Below are positions 8,361-18,637 of a stretch of 64,000 bases of DNA, one piece after another (position 1 is the first letter of the stretch; each line of letters begins with the position of its first letter). Origin of the DNA: Planctomycetota bacterium (lineage in GTDB: Bacteria; Planctomycetota; PLA2; JAEUHO01); the NCBI GenBank assembly GCA_965223505.1, contig CBDCWP010000021.1, positions 431,237 through 495,236 on the forward strand. The letters are read 5' to 3'. The notes under the pieces were generated by a model. That model was not told the DNA's origin and ran no database searches. It was given only the letters and a program-made list of their open reading frames with translations. The position numbers were made by a program, and so were the translations under genes.

Positions 8361-9434
8361 CTATTTGTCCGTGATCGCCTGAATCTCGGACAATAGCGCG
8401 TCCGCGACGATGCGGTTCCCGAGCTCGTTCCAGTGCGGGTCCCGGTCGAACTGCGTCGGTTCGGACGATGCCAACTTGGGACGCTCGAAGTACGGAACGA
8501 GATCGATGAACGGGATGCCGAGCGTCTCGCACGCCTGCGCCGCACGCTGTCCGCCGTACGGTGCCGCGATCCAGAGCGGCAGCGAGTGCTCGCCGCAAAG
8601 ATCGCGCAGTCGTTCATAGACGAACTCGAGGGCGACTTGCTCGTCGTCCTCGAAGCGGGCCGGTAGCGCAGGCGCAGCTCCGGACGCCGGCACCACTGCC
8701 GGCTGATCGGTCCGACGTGCCGCACTGACGTAGAAGTGCAGGTAGTTGTAGACCATCGAGTTGTTGACCAGCCAGCCCTCGATCGTGCGTCCGAACTGCT
8801 GCTCGACTTGCTCGTTCTCGATGCGTGCCCGGCCGTTCTCGACGACGACGTACGGCCGCGTGCGCCGAACATCGACGTTCTCCCCTGCGTCGTTGTGGCA
8901 GAACATCAGGAGCACCGCATCCGGCCGTTCGCCGCGATCGAGGCGCTCGCGCAAGAGCAAGTACTCCTGCAGCGAGGAGTACCCGGGCGCACCCAGGTTG
9001 CGGTACACCCGGCCGTCCGAACCCAGATTCATGTGATCGACCCAGGTTCGACCGTCCCGTACACCCCAGCCCCACGTCAGCGAGTCGCCGAGGCACCACA
9101 CCACGTCGACCGTGGACGTGGCATCCTCGGCGATGCGCGACCCGATGTTGCAGCGGCGAAAGCCGTCTTCGTCGTGCGTGATCTCCACGTCGAACTCCGT
9201 CGTGGTGAATCGGGCATCGGCATCGGGACGTCCGACCCAGCCGATACGGGGATGGAACTCGAAGTAGGCGACGAGCACCGTGGGGGTGCGCGGTGCGACG
9301 CCGGCGATGCGCAGGCCGACCTCCGCGAGCAACACGACGAACAGGAGCGAGCCGAGAAGCAACCCAACCCGTGCCGCGACGTATCGAACGCGTGACAGGA
9401 GCCCCTTCTTCGGTATCGGCTCCGACGCGTTCAT
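8361..9434 (-). CDS. Membrane-anchored SGNH/GDSL hydrolase family protein
   Basis: LGDSLTWG, NLGAPGYS, HND, DPHWN. Confidence 0.9.
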   Translation of the reverse strand: MNASEPIPKKGLLSRVRYVAARVGLLLGSLLFVVLLAEVGLRIAGVAPRTPTVLVAYFEFHPRIGWVGRPDADARFTTTEFDVEITHDEDGFRRCNIGSRIAEDATSTVDVVWCLGDSLTWGWGVRDGRTWVDHMNLGSDGRVYRNLGAPGYSSLQEYLLLRERLDRGERPDAVLLMFCHNDAGENVDVRRTRPYVVVENGRARIENEQVEQQFGRTIEGWLVNNSMVYNYLHFYVSAARRTDQPAVVPASGAAPALPARFEDDEQVALEFVYERLRDLCGEHSLPLWIAAPYGGQRAAQACETLGIPFIDLVPYFERPKLASSEPTQFDRDPHWNELGNRIVADALLSEIQAITDK

Positions 9435-9570
9435 TCACCCTCCGTGCGTTTCCGGGACTCTACCGCCGAGGACTGAGAATCCGCTGTTCGTGCCGGGCTC
9501 GTCGGCACGTTGGCCGTCTTGCGAGGCCCGGGCTGTTTGTTCGGCGGTCCGCCGACCGTAAGGTGTCGCG

Positions 9571-9981
9571 ATGCAGCTGGATCTCACCGACGTCGACGGC
9601 GGCGACGACTTCGACGCCGTGCAGAACGGCCTGCAGGCGTTCAACGACGCGGTCGCCTCCGACCCGCAGGTGTGCCCGTTGAACGTCTATGCGCGTGAAG
9701 GCGACGTGCTGGTCGGCGGCCTCTGCGGCCGGACGGTTTGGAACTGGCTCTTCGTCGGACAGGTCTGGGTCGAGGAGGCGCGCCGGCGGTCCGGCATCGG
9801 TCGCCGGCTCATGGATGCTGCGGAGGCGGCGGCGAAGGGACGCGGCTGCAACCACGCGTTCCTGGACACCATCAGCCTGCAAGCGCCGGGTTTCTACGCG
9901 AAGCTGGGCTACCGCGTCATCGGCACGCTCGAGGACTTTCCCCCCGGCGAGCGCAAGTTCTTCATGACGAAGGAGTTGTAG
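9571..9981 (+). CDS. GNAT family N-acetyltransferase
   Basis: RRSGIGRRLM, LDTISLQAPGFYAKLGY. Confidence 0.92.
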   Translation: MQLDLTDVDGGDDFDAVQNGLQAFNDAVASDPQVCPLNVYAREGDVLVGGLCGRTVWNWLFVGQVWVEEARRRSGIGRRLMDAAEAAAKGRGCNHAFLDTISLQAPGFYAKLGYRVIGTLEDFPPGERKFFMTKEL

Positions 9982-10072
9982 GCGACTGTCATCCGCACCT
10001 ACACGGGTGTCGGACGCGATGACAGGGGCGCCATGCGGTTCGCGGCCGCTCGATCCGACGTAGGCTGGCCGC

Positions 10073-10831
10073 ATGGCCGCCAACGCATTCATGCCCAAGC
10101 TCGCGATCGCGTTGCTCGGGTGCCTCGTTCTCATCGGAGTCGTCATGGGCGATACCCACGTTCCCGTCGCCATCGAACCCGACGCCAAGCTGCCGGAGGG
10201 TGTCGAGGTCGCGACCTTCGCGCTCGGGTGATTCTGGGGCCCCGACACCCGGTTCGGGAGTCGCCCTGGTGTTCTTCGCACGCGCGTCGGCTATGCCGGC
10301 GGAACGAAGGACAAGCCGACGTACCGCAACCTCGGGGATCACACCGAGGCCATTCAGATCGAGTTCGATCCGAAGAAGATCAAGTACGAGGAGCTGCTCG
10401 ACATCTTCTGGTCGTCGCACGATCCCTTCGGGCGCTCGTGGTCGACGCAGTACAAAGCCGTGCTCTGGACCCACGACGAGGCGCAGGAGAAGGCCGCCAA
10501 GAATTCCATCGAGGCGCTCGCCAAGAAACACCAGGGGCGCCAGCCGACCACCGAGGTCGCCAAGGCCACCAAGTTCTGGATCGCCGAGGACTACCATCAG
10601 AAATACTCGCTGCGCCGTCACAAGGCGCTCATCGATGCGTTGCTCGACGGCGACGTCACCGAGGAGAAGATCCGCGAGAGCACAGTGACTACGCGTGCGA
10701 ACGGTTGGGTCGCCGGCCACGGCACGAAGGCCGAGATCGAGGCCGAAGCCAAGGCGCTCGGCCTGAGCGAGAAGGCGCTCGAGGCGCTGCGCCGCGTGCT
10801 CGGGGAGCGAATGCCCGTCGGCTGCGGGTAG
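10073..10831 (+). CDS. msrA: Selenocysteine-containing peptide methionine sulfoxide reductase A with N-terminal signal/anchor
   Basis: ATFALG-TGA(10229-10231)-FWGPD...RTRVGYAGG...HTEAIQIEFDP...FWIAEDYHQKY; the UGA replaces the GCFW catalytic Cys. Confidence 0.93.
10243..10263 (+). promoter_or_regulatory. SECIS-like hairpin of msrA
   Basis: CGAC-A-CCCG-GTT-CGGG-A-GTCG, loop 20 nt after the UGA. Confidence 0.7.
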
Positions 10832-10836
10832 CGAGC

Positions 10837-11373
10837 CTAGTGGCGCCGCATCGCGGCGCGCTGCACCGAGCCGAGCTCGTAGCTCGCCACGCGCGGCACC
10901 TTGCCGTTGCCGCCCGAGAGGTGCACGGGCTTCGCGCCGAAGGTCGTCAGCGTCACGATCATCTGATGGCCGGCGCGTGCGTAGGTCGACTCGATTACGG
11001 TGTCGCCGATCCAGAACCGGCTGTGCAGCGTGTCGTTCTCGAAGAACGCGGCGATGAGGATGCCGTTCTTCTCGTCGATCTGATAGTGGTTCATCTCTTC
11101 CCGGACGGGGATCAGCTCGTACGGCCGCGTCTGCTGCTTCTCGCCTTCGCCGTAGAGGATCTTCCAGCTCCAGCCCTTGCCTTCCTTCAGCGGCGCGATG
11201 TGGAGCTCCATCGGGAACTCCAGGACGGTCTTGTTGTTCCGGATGATCTTGGAAGGCCCTTTCCAGACGCCTTCCCACGACGCTGGGAAGACCTTCTGCT
11301 TGAGAACGTCCTCCTCGGCACGCAGCGATGAGGGGACAACGAGGAAGAGGGCGATGATGACGAAGATGCGCAT
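10837..11373 (-). CDS. Hypothetical secreted protein
   Basis: Signal peptide MRIFVIIALFLVV; FPASWEGVWKG, RPYEL, DEKNGI. Confidence 0.8.
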   Translation of the reverse strand: MRIFVIIALFLVVPSSLRAEEDVLKQKVFPASWEGVWKGPSKIIRNNKTVLEFPMELHIAPLKEGKGWSWKILYGEGEKQQTRPYELIPVREEMNHYQIDEKNGILIAAFFENDTLHSRFWIGDTVIESTYARAGHQMIVTLTTFGAKPVHLSGGNGKVPRVASYELGSVQRAAMRRH

Positions 11374-11415
11374 GGCTCTAGGGTGGCAGATGGAGCCCAC
11401 GCCTGCCAGGCTGCG

Positions 11416-12252
11416 TTACCCGGCGTCTTGCTCGAGGAACGGTGTGCGCTCTTTCTGCGCCATCAGGATGAGCGTGCGGCCCCAGAGCACGGGGCGGGAC
11501 AGCATGTTCCGTCCGATCTCACGCAGTGTGCGCTCGATCCGCTCGACGTCCGCCGCGTTCTTCTTGCGCGCCTTCTTCACCGCGAACCACTCCGAGCGCC
11601 GCTGCGAGAGCCAAAGCAGGGGATAGAGCGGCACGGACATGATCGCCGAGCTGAGCGAGTACTTGGCCGGAAGCGGCGGTGCGACGTCGAATCCAGCCAG
11701 CCGCAGCGCGTAGCGAAGCACCGGGTACCGCCAGTGCCACGCGTGGCCGTGGTACAGATCGTCGCCGTCTCGGCCGAGCAGTGTCGTGTACTCGTTGACG
11801 TACCCGCGCCGCGCCGTGCGGTGACCGGTTCGGAAGTACGACCAGCGCGCGCTGAGGTGCAGGACGTTCGGTGTCGTGATCAGGAGCTTGCCGCCGACCT
11901 CGAGGACGCGCGCGCATTCCCGTAGAAACGCGAGCGGCGCCTCGATGTGCTCGATGCCCTCCTGGCACAGCATGTAGTCGAACGTCGCGTCGCCGAACGG
12001 CAGCGGCTTGGCCATGTCGGCCTTGACGCAATCGATTTGGCAGTGGTCCGGGAGAAGGTCGGCCGCGGTGACGTCGAATCCGATCTCGCGCAGCGCCAGC
12101 GCCGTGTTGCCGAAGCCCGCCGGGAGATCGAGCAGCCGGCCGCGGCCGGTCTCGGCCGCGAGAACACGTACGACGTCGCCCGTCGCCTGTGCAGGACGCC
12201 GGAAGCGGCGCTGGGACTCGTCCGTCCCGGTGACCCGCTGTGTCTTCGTCAC
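11416..12252 (-). CDS. Class I SAM-dependent methyltransferase
   Basis: LLDLPAGFG, LPFGDATFD, GIEHIE, ITTPN. Confidence 0.88.
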   Translation of the reverse strand: MTKTQRVTGTDESQRRFRRPAQATGDVVRVLAAETGRGRLLDLPAGFGNTALALREIGFDVTAADLLPDHCQIDCVKADMAKPLPFGDATFDYMLCQEGIEHIEAPLAFLRECARVLEVGGKLLITTPNVLHLSARWSYFRTGHRTARRGYVNEYTTLLGRDGDDLYHGHAWHWRYPVLRYALRLAGFDVAPPLPAKYSLSSAIMSVPLYPLLWLSQRRSEWFAVKKARKKNAADVERIERTLREIGRNMLSRPVLWGRTLILMAQKERTPFLEQDAG

Positions 12253-12293
12253 GACCGCCCTCCTGCGGTGGACGGTTGTACCGCGCCCTGGAC

Positions 12294-13403
12294 CTAGAAC
12301 GGGCGCTTCGTTAGTCCGATCTTGTAGTTCCCGGTCTTCGACTTGTAGTAGTGGCGCACGCGGGCGTAGTACGTCCCCGGCATCAGCAGCTCTTCGATCT
12401 TGGGGTTGTAGCCGTATCCACTGTCGTCGTCCTCGGCGATGCGCCGCGTCTGGGAGTCCGGACCGAGCAGGATCATCACGACGTCCGTGACGCCGCTCGT
12501 CGAGATGCGATAGCGCCCCGCCTCTTCGATCTCGAACTTGAAGAGATCCTCTTCACCGCGCTTGCCGATCCGGGCCTCGATCCGGGGCGCCCCGACGACG
12601 AGGTCGACCGGGCGCTCGGCGCGCCCGGGGTACATCGTCTTGATGAACGACTTGTCGTTGGCCGAGAGGACCCGGTTCCAGCCCACCGCGTAGTTGCCCA
12701 CGGTGAGCGCCTGCGGGACCGCGTACAGCATGATCGACTTCTTGTCGAACTTCGAGAAGCTCGTGTGCGACTTGCTGTACCGGAAGAACACCTGGTCATC
12801 CACCTCGTCCTTCGTCCAGCCGTCCTTCTCCTTGTAGTAGGCGTAGACCTTCGGCTTGTCCCACGGGATCCCGTGCTCGGGGTGAGAGTGCTCGTGAATG
12901 CACCCGAGCGCGTGGCCGAACTCGTGCAGCACGACGCGGCTGTACTCGGCGGCGGACGTGTTGTCGTAGAGCCAGCCGTAGTTCATCGTCGCCTTGTTCT
13001 TGTTGATCGAGAGGGCGTCCGTCCCGAGATACGACCAGGATCCGTCGTCGCGGTCGAAGGCGATGCGGATCTCGGCGTTCGACGACTGCTTGAAGACCAG
13101 ATCGACGTTGGCGAACTCCATCCACTTGCGGGCGTACTTCTCGATCTTCTTGCGCACCGTCGACGAGCCGCCCTTGAAGCTCACGGTGAGCTTGCGCCCC
13201 GGCGCCCAGCGCTTGCCCGTGACCAAAGCCATGCGTGCGCGCTCGTTCGACGGCGGCGCTCCCATGGCCGGGCGCGGCGACCGGCCGAGCGACGGGACGT
13301 TTGCGGGATTCTCGCTCAACGCCCGACTGGCGGCCGTCATCTGCTTCGCCATCGGAAGCACTTTCTCACGACAGAGCTTGATGTGTTTGCGGCGCACGGC
13401 CAT
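12294..13403 (-). CDS. Metzincin (M12/astacin-like) metallopeptidase with C-terminal PPC domain
   Basis: HEFGHALGCIHEH, SIMLY Met-turn, EDDDSG.. PPC motif; no signal peptide. Confidence 0.88.
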   Translation of the reverse strand: MAVRRKHIKLCREKVLPMAKQMTAASRALSENPANVPSLGRSPRPAMGAPPSNERARMALVTGKRWAPGRKLTVSFKGGSSTVRKKIEKYARKWMEFANVDLVFKQSSNAEIRIAFDRDDGSWSYLGTDALSINKNKATMNYGWLYDNTSAAEYSRVVLHEFGHALGCIHEHSHPEHGIPWDKPKVYAYYKEKDGWTKDEVDDQVFFRYSKSHTSFSKFDKKSIMLYAVPQALTVGNYAVGWNRVLSANDKSFIKTMYPGRAERPVDLVVGAPRIEARIGKRGEEDLFKFEIEEAGRYRISTSGVTDVVMILLGPDSQTRRIAEDDDSGYGYNPKIEELLMPGTYYARVRHYYKSKTGNYKIGLTKRPF

Positions 13404-13611
13404 GGCGTCCCCCTCTCGTCAATCACTCACATCAGTAGGCTGAAACGCTAGCAAGTTGTTTCCGCCGTAACAACGGCGCAGTCACCTTGACAACGCGACC
13501 TGCGGTTCGCTACAAGACCGTCGCGCGAATGAACGCGCGGTTGATGTGTTTGTTTGGGGATGTCGGCGCGTGCTGGACGCGCTCGCTGCGTTTCCGCGAG
13601 GGGGATTCGAG

Positions 13612-15627
13612 ATGCCGAAAGCCAAGAAGGTGGGTGGAAAGTTCCGCACGTTCGATGCGAGGCCGGACACGCCCGACTTTCGAGACCGGATGTACGTGCC
13701 GACCCTCGTCGAGGTGCCGGTCCACATCACGTTGGACCAGTACCGCGCGCAGTATCCCGACAACGACGTTCCGGTTCTCAATCAGGGTCGGGAGGGCGCC
13801 TGCACGGGGTTCGCCGCGGCGGCCACGGTCCACTTCCTGCTGCGGTCGCGCGCCGTCGTGCCCGACGACGTCGAGGTGAGCCCCCGCATGCTCTACGAGA
13901 TGGCGAAGCGCTACGACGAGTGGGAGGGCGTGAAGTACGACGGCTCCAGCGTGCGGGGCGCCATGAAGGGCTGGCACAAGCACGGCGTCTGCTCGGCCAA
14001 GAACTGGCCGTACCGCCGCAAGCCCGACCGGCGGCTGACCAACAAGCGGGCGGTCGACGGCCTGCGCCGGCCGCTGGGGGCCTACTTCCGTGTGAACCAC
14101 CGCGACATCGTCGCCATGCACACGGCTCTCGCGGAGGTCGGCATCCTCAACGTGTCCGCACTCGTCCACACCGGCTGGGGCGACGTCGAAGACGACGGCC
14201 TGATCGAGCCCGGCGGCGCGCAGATGGGCGGTCACGCCTTCGTGATCGTGGCCTACGACCAGCGCGGCTTCTGGATCCAGAACTCCTGGGGCAAGTCGTG
14301 GGGGCGGGGTGGCTTCGCGCTGCTCACCTACGACGACTGGCTCGAGAACGGGCGCGATGTCTGGGTCGCGCGCTTGGGAGCGCCGATCGAGCTGCGCACC
14401 GGGCGGGGTTCGGCCGCGGCCAACGCGGGCGCCCGATCCAAGGCGAGTGTCGAGACCATCGCCGATCTGCGGCCCCACATCGTGAGCCTCGGCAACGACG
14501 GGCAGCTCAGCGAGAAGGGACCGTTCGCGACGACACGCGAGGATCTCAAGAACATCTTCGAAGACGACATCCCGCGCATCACGAAGGGCTGGGCCAAGAA
14601 GCGCATCCTGCTCTACGCTCACGGCGGACTCACCCCCGCGAAGACGGCGACCCAGCGTGTCGCGGAGTACCGTGCCGCGCTGCTTGCGAACCAGGTCTAT
14701 CCCCTGGCGTTCGTCTGGCGGTCCGACCTCTGGAGCACGCTCGAGAACATCTTGAAGGATGCGCTCTCGCGGCGCCGGGACGAAGGGGTCTTCGACGACA
14801 TCAAGGACTTCATGCTCGACCGGCTGGACGACGCGCTCGAGCCCATCGCCCGCATCGTCGGCGGCCGTGCGCTGTGGAGCGAGATGAAGGAAAACGCCAC
14901 GATGGCGACGACGAGCCGCGCCGGCGGCGCGAGGCTCGCCGCACAGCATCTGGCGAAGCTGGTCGCGGGCACCTCGAACGTGGAGATCCACCTCGCCGGT
15001 CACAGCGCCGGAGGCGTGTTCATGGCGCCGCTCGCGCAGCTGCTCGCGTCGAAGGGCGTGATTCGCTCCGGCCCGATGAGAAGCAAGAAGGGCCTGGGCC
15101 TGCGCGTGAGCTCGAGCACGCTCTGGGCGCCCGCCTGTACGACGCAGCTCTTCAAGGATGCCTTTCTTCCGCTCATCACGAAGAAGACGCTCCGGAACTT
15201 CGCGCTGTTCACCTTGACCGACGAGGCCGAGCAGGACGACCACTGCGCCAAGATCTACAACAAGTCCTTGCTCTATCTCGTGTCGAACGCGTTCGAGGAT
15301 CGATTCCGGGTCCCGCTGCTTCGGGACGGCGAGCCGATTCTCGGCATGGAGAAGTGGATCAACGACGATCCCGAGCTCAAGCAGACCTTCAGTGCGCGCG
15401 GCCCGGCCGACTGGGTCCTCTCGCCCAACACGTTCAAGCTCGGAAGCCCGAAGGCCGCACGGGCGCGAACTCATGGTGCGTTCGACGACGACACGTTCAC
15501 GGTGCGCGCAACGCTTGCGCGCATCCTCGGCGTTTCCGGGCCGAAGAAGACCTCGCAGGAGGTGACCTTCTTCGAGACACCGCGGCGATTGGAGAGCAGG
15601 CTTCGCGATCTGGCGCAGCGCACGTAG
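13612..15627 (+). CDS. C1 (papain) family peptidase fused to alpha/beta-hydrolase-like domain
   Basis: QGREGACTGF, GGHAF, QNSWG; YAHGGL and GHSAG in the C-terminal half. Confidence 0.88.
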   Translation: MPKAKKVGGKFRTFDARPDTPDFRDRMYVPTLVEVPVHITLDQYRAQYPDNDVPVLNQGREGACTGFAAAATVHFLLRSRAVVPDDVEVSPRMLYEMAKRYDEWEGVKYDGSSVRGAMKGWHKHGVCSAKNWPYRRKPDRRLTNKRAVDGLRRPLGAYFRVNHRDIVAMHTALAEVGILNVSALVHTGWGDVEDDGLIEPGGAQMGGHAFVIVAYDQRGFWIQNSWGKSWGRGGFALLTYDDWLENGRDVWVARLGAPIELRTGRGSAAANAGARSKASVETIADLRPHIVSLGNDGQLSEKGPFATTREDLKNIFEDDIPRITKGWAKKRILLYAHGGLTPAKTATQRVAEYRAALLANQVYPLAFVWRSDLWSTLENILKDALSRRRDEGVFDDIKDFMLDRLDDALEPIARIVGGRALWSEMKENATMATTSRAGGARLAAQHLAKLVAGTSNVEIHLAGHSAGGVFMAPLAQLLASKGVIRSGPMRSKKGLGLRVSSSTLWAPACTTQLFKDAFLPLITKKTLRNFALFTLTDEAEQDDHCAKIYNKSLLYLVSNAFEDRFRVPLLRDGEPILGMEKWINDDPELKQTFSARGPADWVLSPNTFKLGSPKAARARTHGAFDDDTFTVRATLARILGVSGPKKTSQEVTFFETPRRLESRLRDLAQRT

Positions 15628-15693
15628 CCGCCTTCGAGGTGCTCTGCATGCCGGCAGGCTGCACGGCGGCGGCGGGATCGCTACACTGCGGGC

Positions 15694-15990
15694 ATGTGCC
15701 GCAACATCAAGACGCTCTACAACTTCGCTCCCCCCGCAACCGAGGAGGAGGTGCGCGCTTCCGCCCTGCAGTACGTCCGCAAGATCAGCGGGATGAACAA
15801 GCCGTCCAAGGCCAACGAGGCGACGTTTCGCCGCGCGCTGGAGGAGGTCGTGGCCGCGTCGCACCGGCTCCTCGACGACCTGGTGACGAAGGCCGAGCCG
15901 CGCAACCGCGAGGCGGAGCGCGAGAAGGCGAGGGAGCGCGGCCGGAAGCGCGAGGCGGCCCTGCGAGCCCGCTATGCGCAGCGGGAGTGA
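15694..15990 (+). CDS. DUF2277 family protein
   Basis: MCRNIKTLYNFAPPATEEEVRASALQYVRKISG. Confidence 0.88.
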   Translation: MCRNIKTLYNFAPPATEEEVRASALQYVRKISGMNKPSKANEATFRRALEEVVAASHRLLDDLVTKAEPRNREAEREKARERGRKREAALRARYAQRE

Positions 15991-15993
15991 GCC

Positions 15994-16575
15994 ATGGGTA
16001 GATTCGCAGCGCTCGTACTCCTCGGCTTGGTCGCGACGGGCTGCTCCGTCCCCGTGGCGGATGTCACGCCCGGTCCGCCGGAGCTCGGCGACGCGATGGT
16101 CGTCGAAGTCACCGCCAACGGGACCGGCGGCCGCGTCGAGCTCGTCAAGACGAACGTTCACGCTCGTGCACGGGGAGCCGCGTTGGACCGCTATGCGGTC
16201 GCGATCAAGCGCTGGGAGCAAGACCGCCTCGACACCGGTTTGTTCACGGAGTACGCGGACCTCGAGCCGGGACAGACCGCATCGAACCTCGTCTATCACG
16301 ACTGGATGCCCGGCGAGCCCATGGTGCTCGACATCCGCTTCGACGGCGTGTCGTACTGGAAGGGGCGCGTCGGCACGAAGGACGGCGGGCCGAACCACGT
16401 CAAGCTCGTGTTCGAAAACGGCGAGCTGACCCGGCGCGTCGTGGAGACGGTCGACGGTCTGATGACCGACGGGAGCTGGATCGGCGGCGCCACCTGGACG
16501 CCCCCAGACGATCACGTGCCGTTCGAGCTCGGCAAGACCCGGCCCGATCTCAATCCGCGCCCCGTGCCTCGATGA
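15994..16575 (+). CDS. Hypothetical lipoprotein
   Basis: Lipobox LVATGC. Confidence 0.75.
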   Translation: MGRFAALVLLGLVATGCSVPVADVTPGPPELGDAMVVEVTANGTGGRVELVKTNVHARARGAALDRYAVAIKRWEQDRLDTGLFTEYADLEPGQTASNLVYHDWMPGEPMVLDIRFDGVSYWKGRVGTKDGGPNHVKLVFENGELTRRVVETVDGLMTDGSWIGGATWTPPDDHVPFELGKTRPDLNPRPVPR

Positions 16576-16736
16576 TCTTCTGAAGCCCGCGCGCGCCGCG
16601 TCGCCTCGCGCCTGTGATCGCCTCGGCTTGTTCTCGCTGCTTCGTGTTGCAGAAGCTTTGCCAACGCTTTGCGGGCTTTGGACAACTGCACGCGGCGCTC
16701 TCCGTTTGACTGGCCGGTACGGAAACGGAGCGCTTC

Positions 16737-17432
16737 ATGACGGTCGGAGCCGCGTCGATCGAACACAGAGTAAACGCGCATCGCGCCCGCCGGGTCGCGC
16801 TCGCGCCGACGCTTCGCTTCGTGCTCACGTCGAGCTTCTGGCTCGTGATGGCGGTCGGAACCGGCTTGATCGTCTACAACTCCCTGCCGTACTTCACCCT
16901 CTCGCGCGAGATCGACTTCCTCGTCGAGAAAGGCCGGCTCTGGGACCAGGCGGCGTGGCGCGTCTGCTTCTACCTGCACGTCGGCGGCGGTGTGATCTGC
17001 CTCGTCTCCGCGCTGACGCAGTTCAGCCGGGTGATCCTGCGCCGCGTCACGACCGTCCACCGACACGCGGGCCGTATCTACGGCGCCGCGGTGCTCTTGC
17101 TCGTCGCGCCGGCGGGGGCGTATCTGTCCGTCTACGCGAAGGGCGGCTTCTGGGGCCGCTCCGGTTTCGCGCTGCTGGCGGTCTCGCTGTTCTACACGAC
17201 CTGGCTCGGTGTGCGCGAAGCGTCGAATCGCAACTACCGCGCGCATGCACGCTGGATGATCCGCTCGTACGTGATGGCGGCGAGCGCAGTGAGCTTTCGC
17301 GTCTTCTATCTCGCGCTCTACGCGCTCGGCATTCCGAACGAGTACGTGCTCGGAATCTGGCTGAGCTGGTCCGTCAACCTCGCCGCGGGCGAGGCGGTCA
17401 TTCATCTCTCGACGAAAGGCAGGACATCATGA
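16737..17432 (+). CDS. DUF2306-like membrane protein
   Basis: FYLHV, HRHAGRIY, HARWMIRSY; multiple TM helices. Confidence 0.82.
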   Translation: MTVGAASIEHRVNAHRARRVALAPTLRFVLTSSFWLVMAVGTGLIVYNSLPYFTLSREIDFLVEKGRLWDQAAWRVCFYLHVGGGVICLVSALTQFSRVILRRVTTVHRHAGRIYGAAVLLLVAPAGAYLSVYAKGGFWGRSGFALLAVSLFYTTWLGVREASNRNYRAHARWMIRSYVMAASAVSFRVFYLALYALGIPNEYVLGIWLSWSVNLAAGEAVIHLSTKGRTS

Positions 17433-17863
17433 AGTTGATCATCGTAGGACCCGTCGTGGCCGTGCTGAGCGCCGTCGGCGCCATGACCGACGACGCGCCG
17501 CAGCGACAGCCGACGCGCGTCAAGGCAATCCCGTTCGAGGCCGCCGCGTTCGACCGCGTCATCCACCGTCAGGTGACGGGGCGGTTCGAGGATCTGAACG
17601 GCATTCGCAACTTCAGCCGCGCGGCCGTGCGCTCCCGCTATCGGTTCCGCCACGAGTACGTGCGGCCGCCGCAGGACGAGCAGTACGTGCTGTTCCGCGT
17701 CTACCGAACCGACCGTGCCCGCCGCGGTGCGGAGCGCGTCGTGGCCGAAGGGCGCGTCGATCGACGGACGATGGCGGTGACGCTGGCGCTCCCGGAGACC
17801 CCCGAGGCCTTCCATCTCGTGTCGCGCTTCGCGTTCGGCTCGGCGGACCTGCGTCTGCGCTGA
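17429..17863 (+). CDS. Hypothetical secreted protein
   Basis: ATGA overlap with the upstream gene; signal peptide MKLIIVGPVVAVLSAVGA. Confidence 0.7.
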   Translation: MKLIIVGPVVAVLSAVGAMTDDAPQRQPTRVKAIPFEAAAFDRVIHRQVTGRFEDLNGIRNFSRAAVRSRYRFRHEYVRPPQDEQYVLFRVYRTDRARRGAERVVAEGRVDRRTMAVTLALPETPEAFHLVSRFAFGSADLRLR

Positions 17864-17983
17864 CACAAGCGTGTCCGTGCGAGGGGCCGCCCGGTGGGTT
17901 TCGCGGCCCGGCGGCCTCTTTCCGTCTGACCCGGCGGGCCGTTCGCAGTACGCTTGGGCCGAGGGACCGATCGGGAGGACATC

Positions 17984-18613
17984 GTGCGGATTCTCAGCCT
18001 CGTACTCGTCAGCAGCTTCTTCTTGGCCGCCTGCGCCACGACCTCGGGACCGCGCACGCGCGAGACGCCGGCCGGGACGGTCGAGCTGTTCAAATTCTTC
18101 GAGCAGAAGGGCGACCGGGCCGGCCAGTGGGACATCCTGAGCCCGGACTTCAAGCGCAGGCTCAGCGACCAGGCCGGCCGTAACGTCGACCTGGCCGACT
18201 ACGAGTACATTCGCAACGCGTCGCGCAGCGACCCGCGGGTCCGCGCCGCCGAGGAGGCCGTCGGGACCGTGAGCGTGCAGCGCGTGCGACCGCAAGGGCC
18301 GAACCGGGCCGCGGTGACGGTGAACGTGCTCGGCAAGCTCATCGGCAAGAACGCGACGATCGGCATGGTGCGCCTGGAGGCGTGGGAGCTCACGACCGTC
18401 GACGACCCGGAGCCGTACTGGGGCATCGTCGGCGATCCGCTCATCGGCATCGAGTCGACGGGCGACGGAGGCTACGTGGTCTGGACACGTGCGACGCCGA
18501 ACGGACAGAAGACGCGCATGACGTTCCCCGCTTCGCAGGTGAAGGGCTACCGCTCCGTGTCGAAGTGGTACGTCGATGACCTGGGCGGGCTCGAAGAGCA
18601 GTTCATGCAGTAG
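17984..18613 (+). CDS. Hypothetical lipoprotein
   Basis: GGAGG SD, GTG start, lipobox FLAAC. Confidence 0.78.
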   Translation: MRILSLVLVSSFFLAACATTSGPRTRETPAGTVELFKFFEQKGDRAGQWDILSPDFKRRLSDQAGRNVDLADYEYIRNASRSDPRVRAAEEAVGTVSVQRVRPQGPNRAAVTVNVLGKLIGKNATIGMVRLEAWELTTVDDPEPYWGIVGDPLIGIESTGDGGYVVWTRATPNGQKTRMTFPASQVKGYRSVSKWYVDDLGGLEEQFMQ

Positions 18614-18637
18614 CGCGCGAAGCGCAGCCGCTCCGAG

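Noticed and set aside
15988..15996. DUF2277 TGA is in frame with the next gene's ATG (possible Sec readthrough)
   Set aside because: The DUF2277 protein looks complete, the next gene has its own lipoprotein signal, and there is no Cys-type motif context.
13510..16515. 1001-aa minus-strand ORF, and similar long ORFs such as 21977..25060 and 29341..31422
   Set aside because: Antisense shadows of well-supported genes, typical of high-GC DNA; no motifs.
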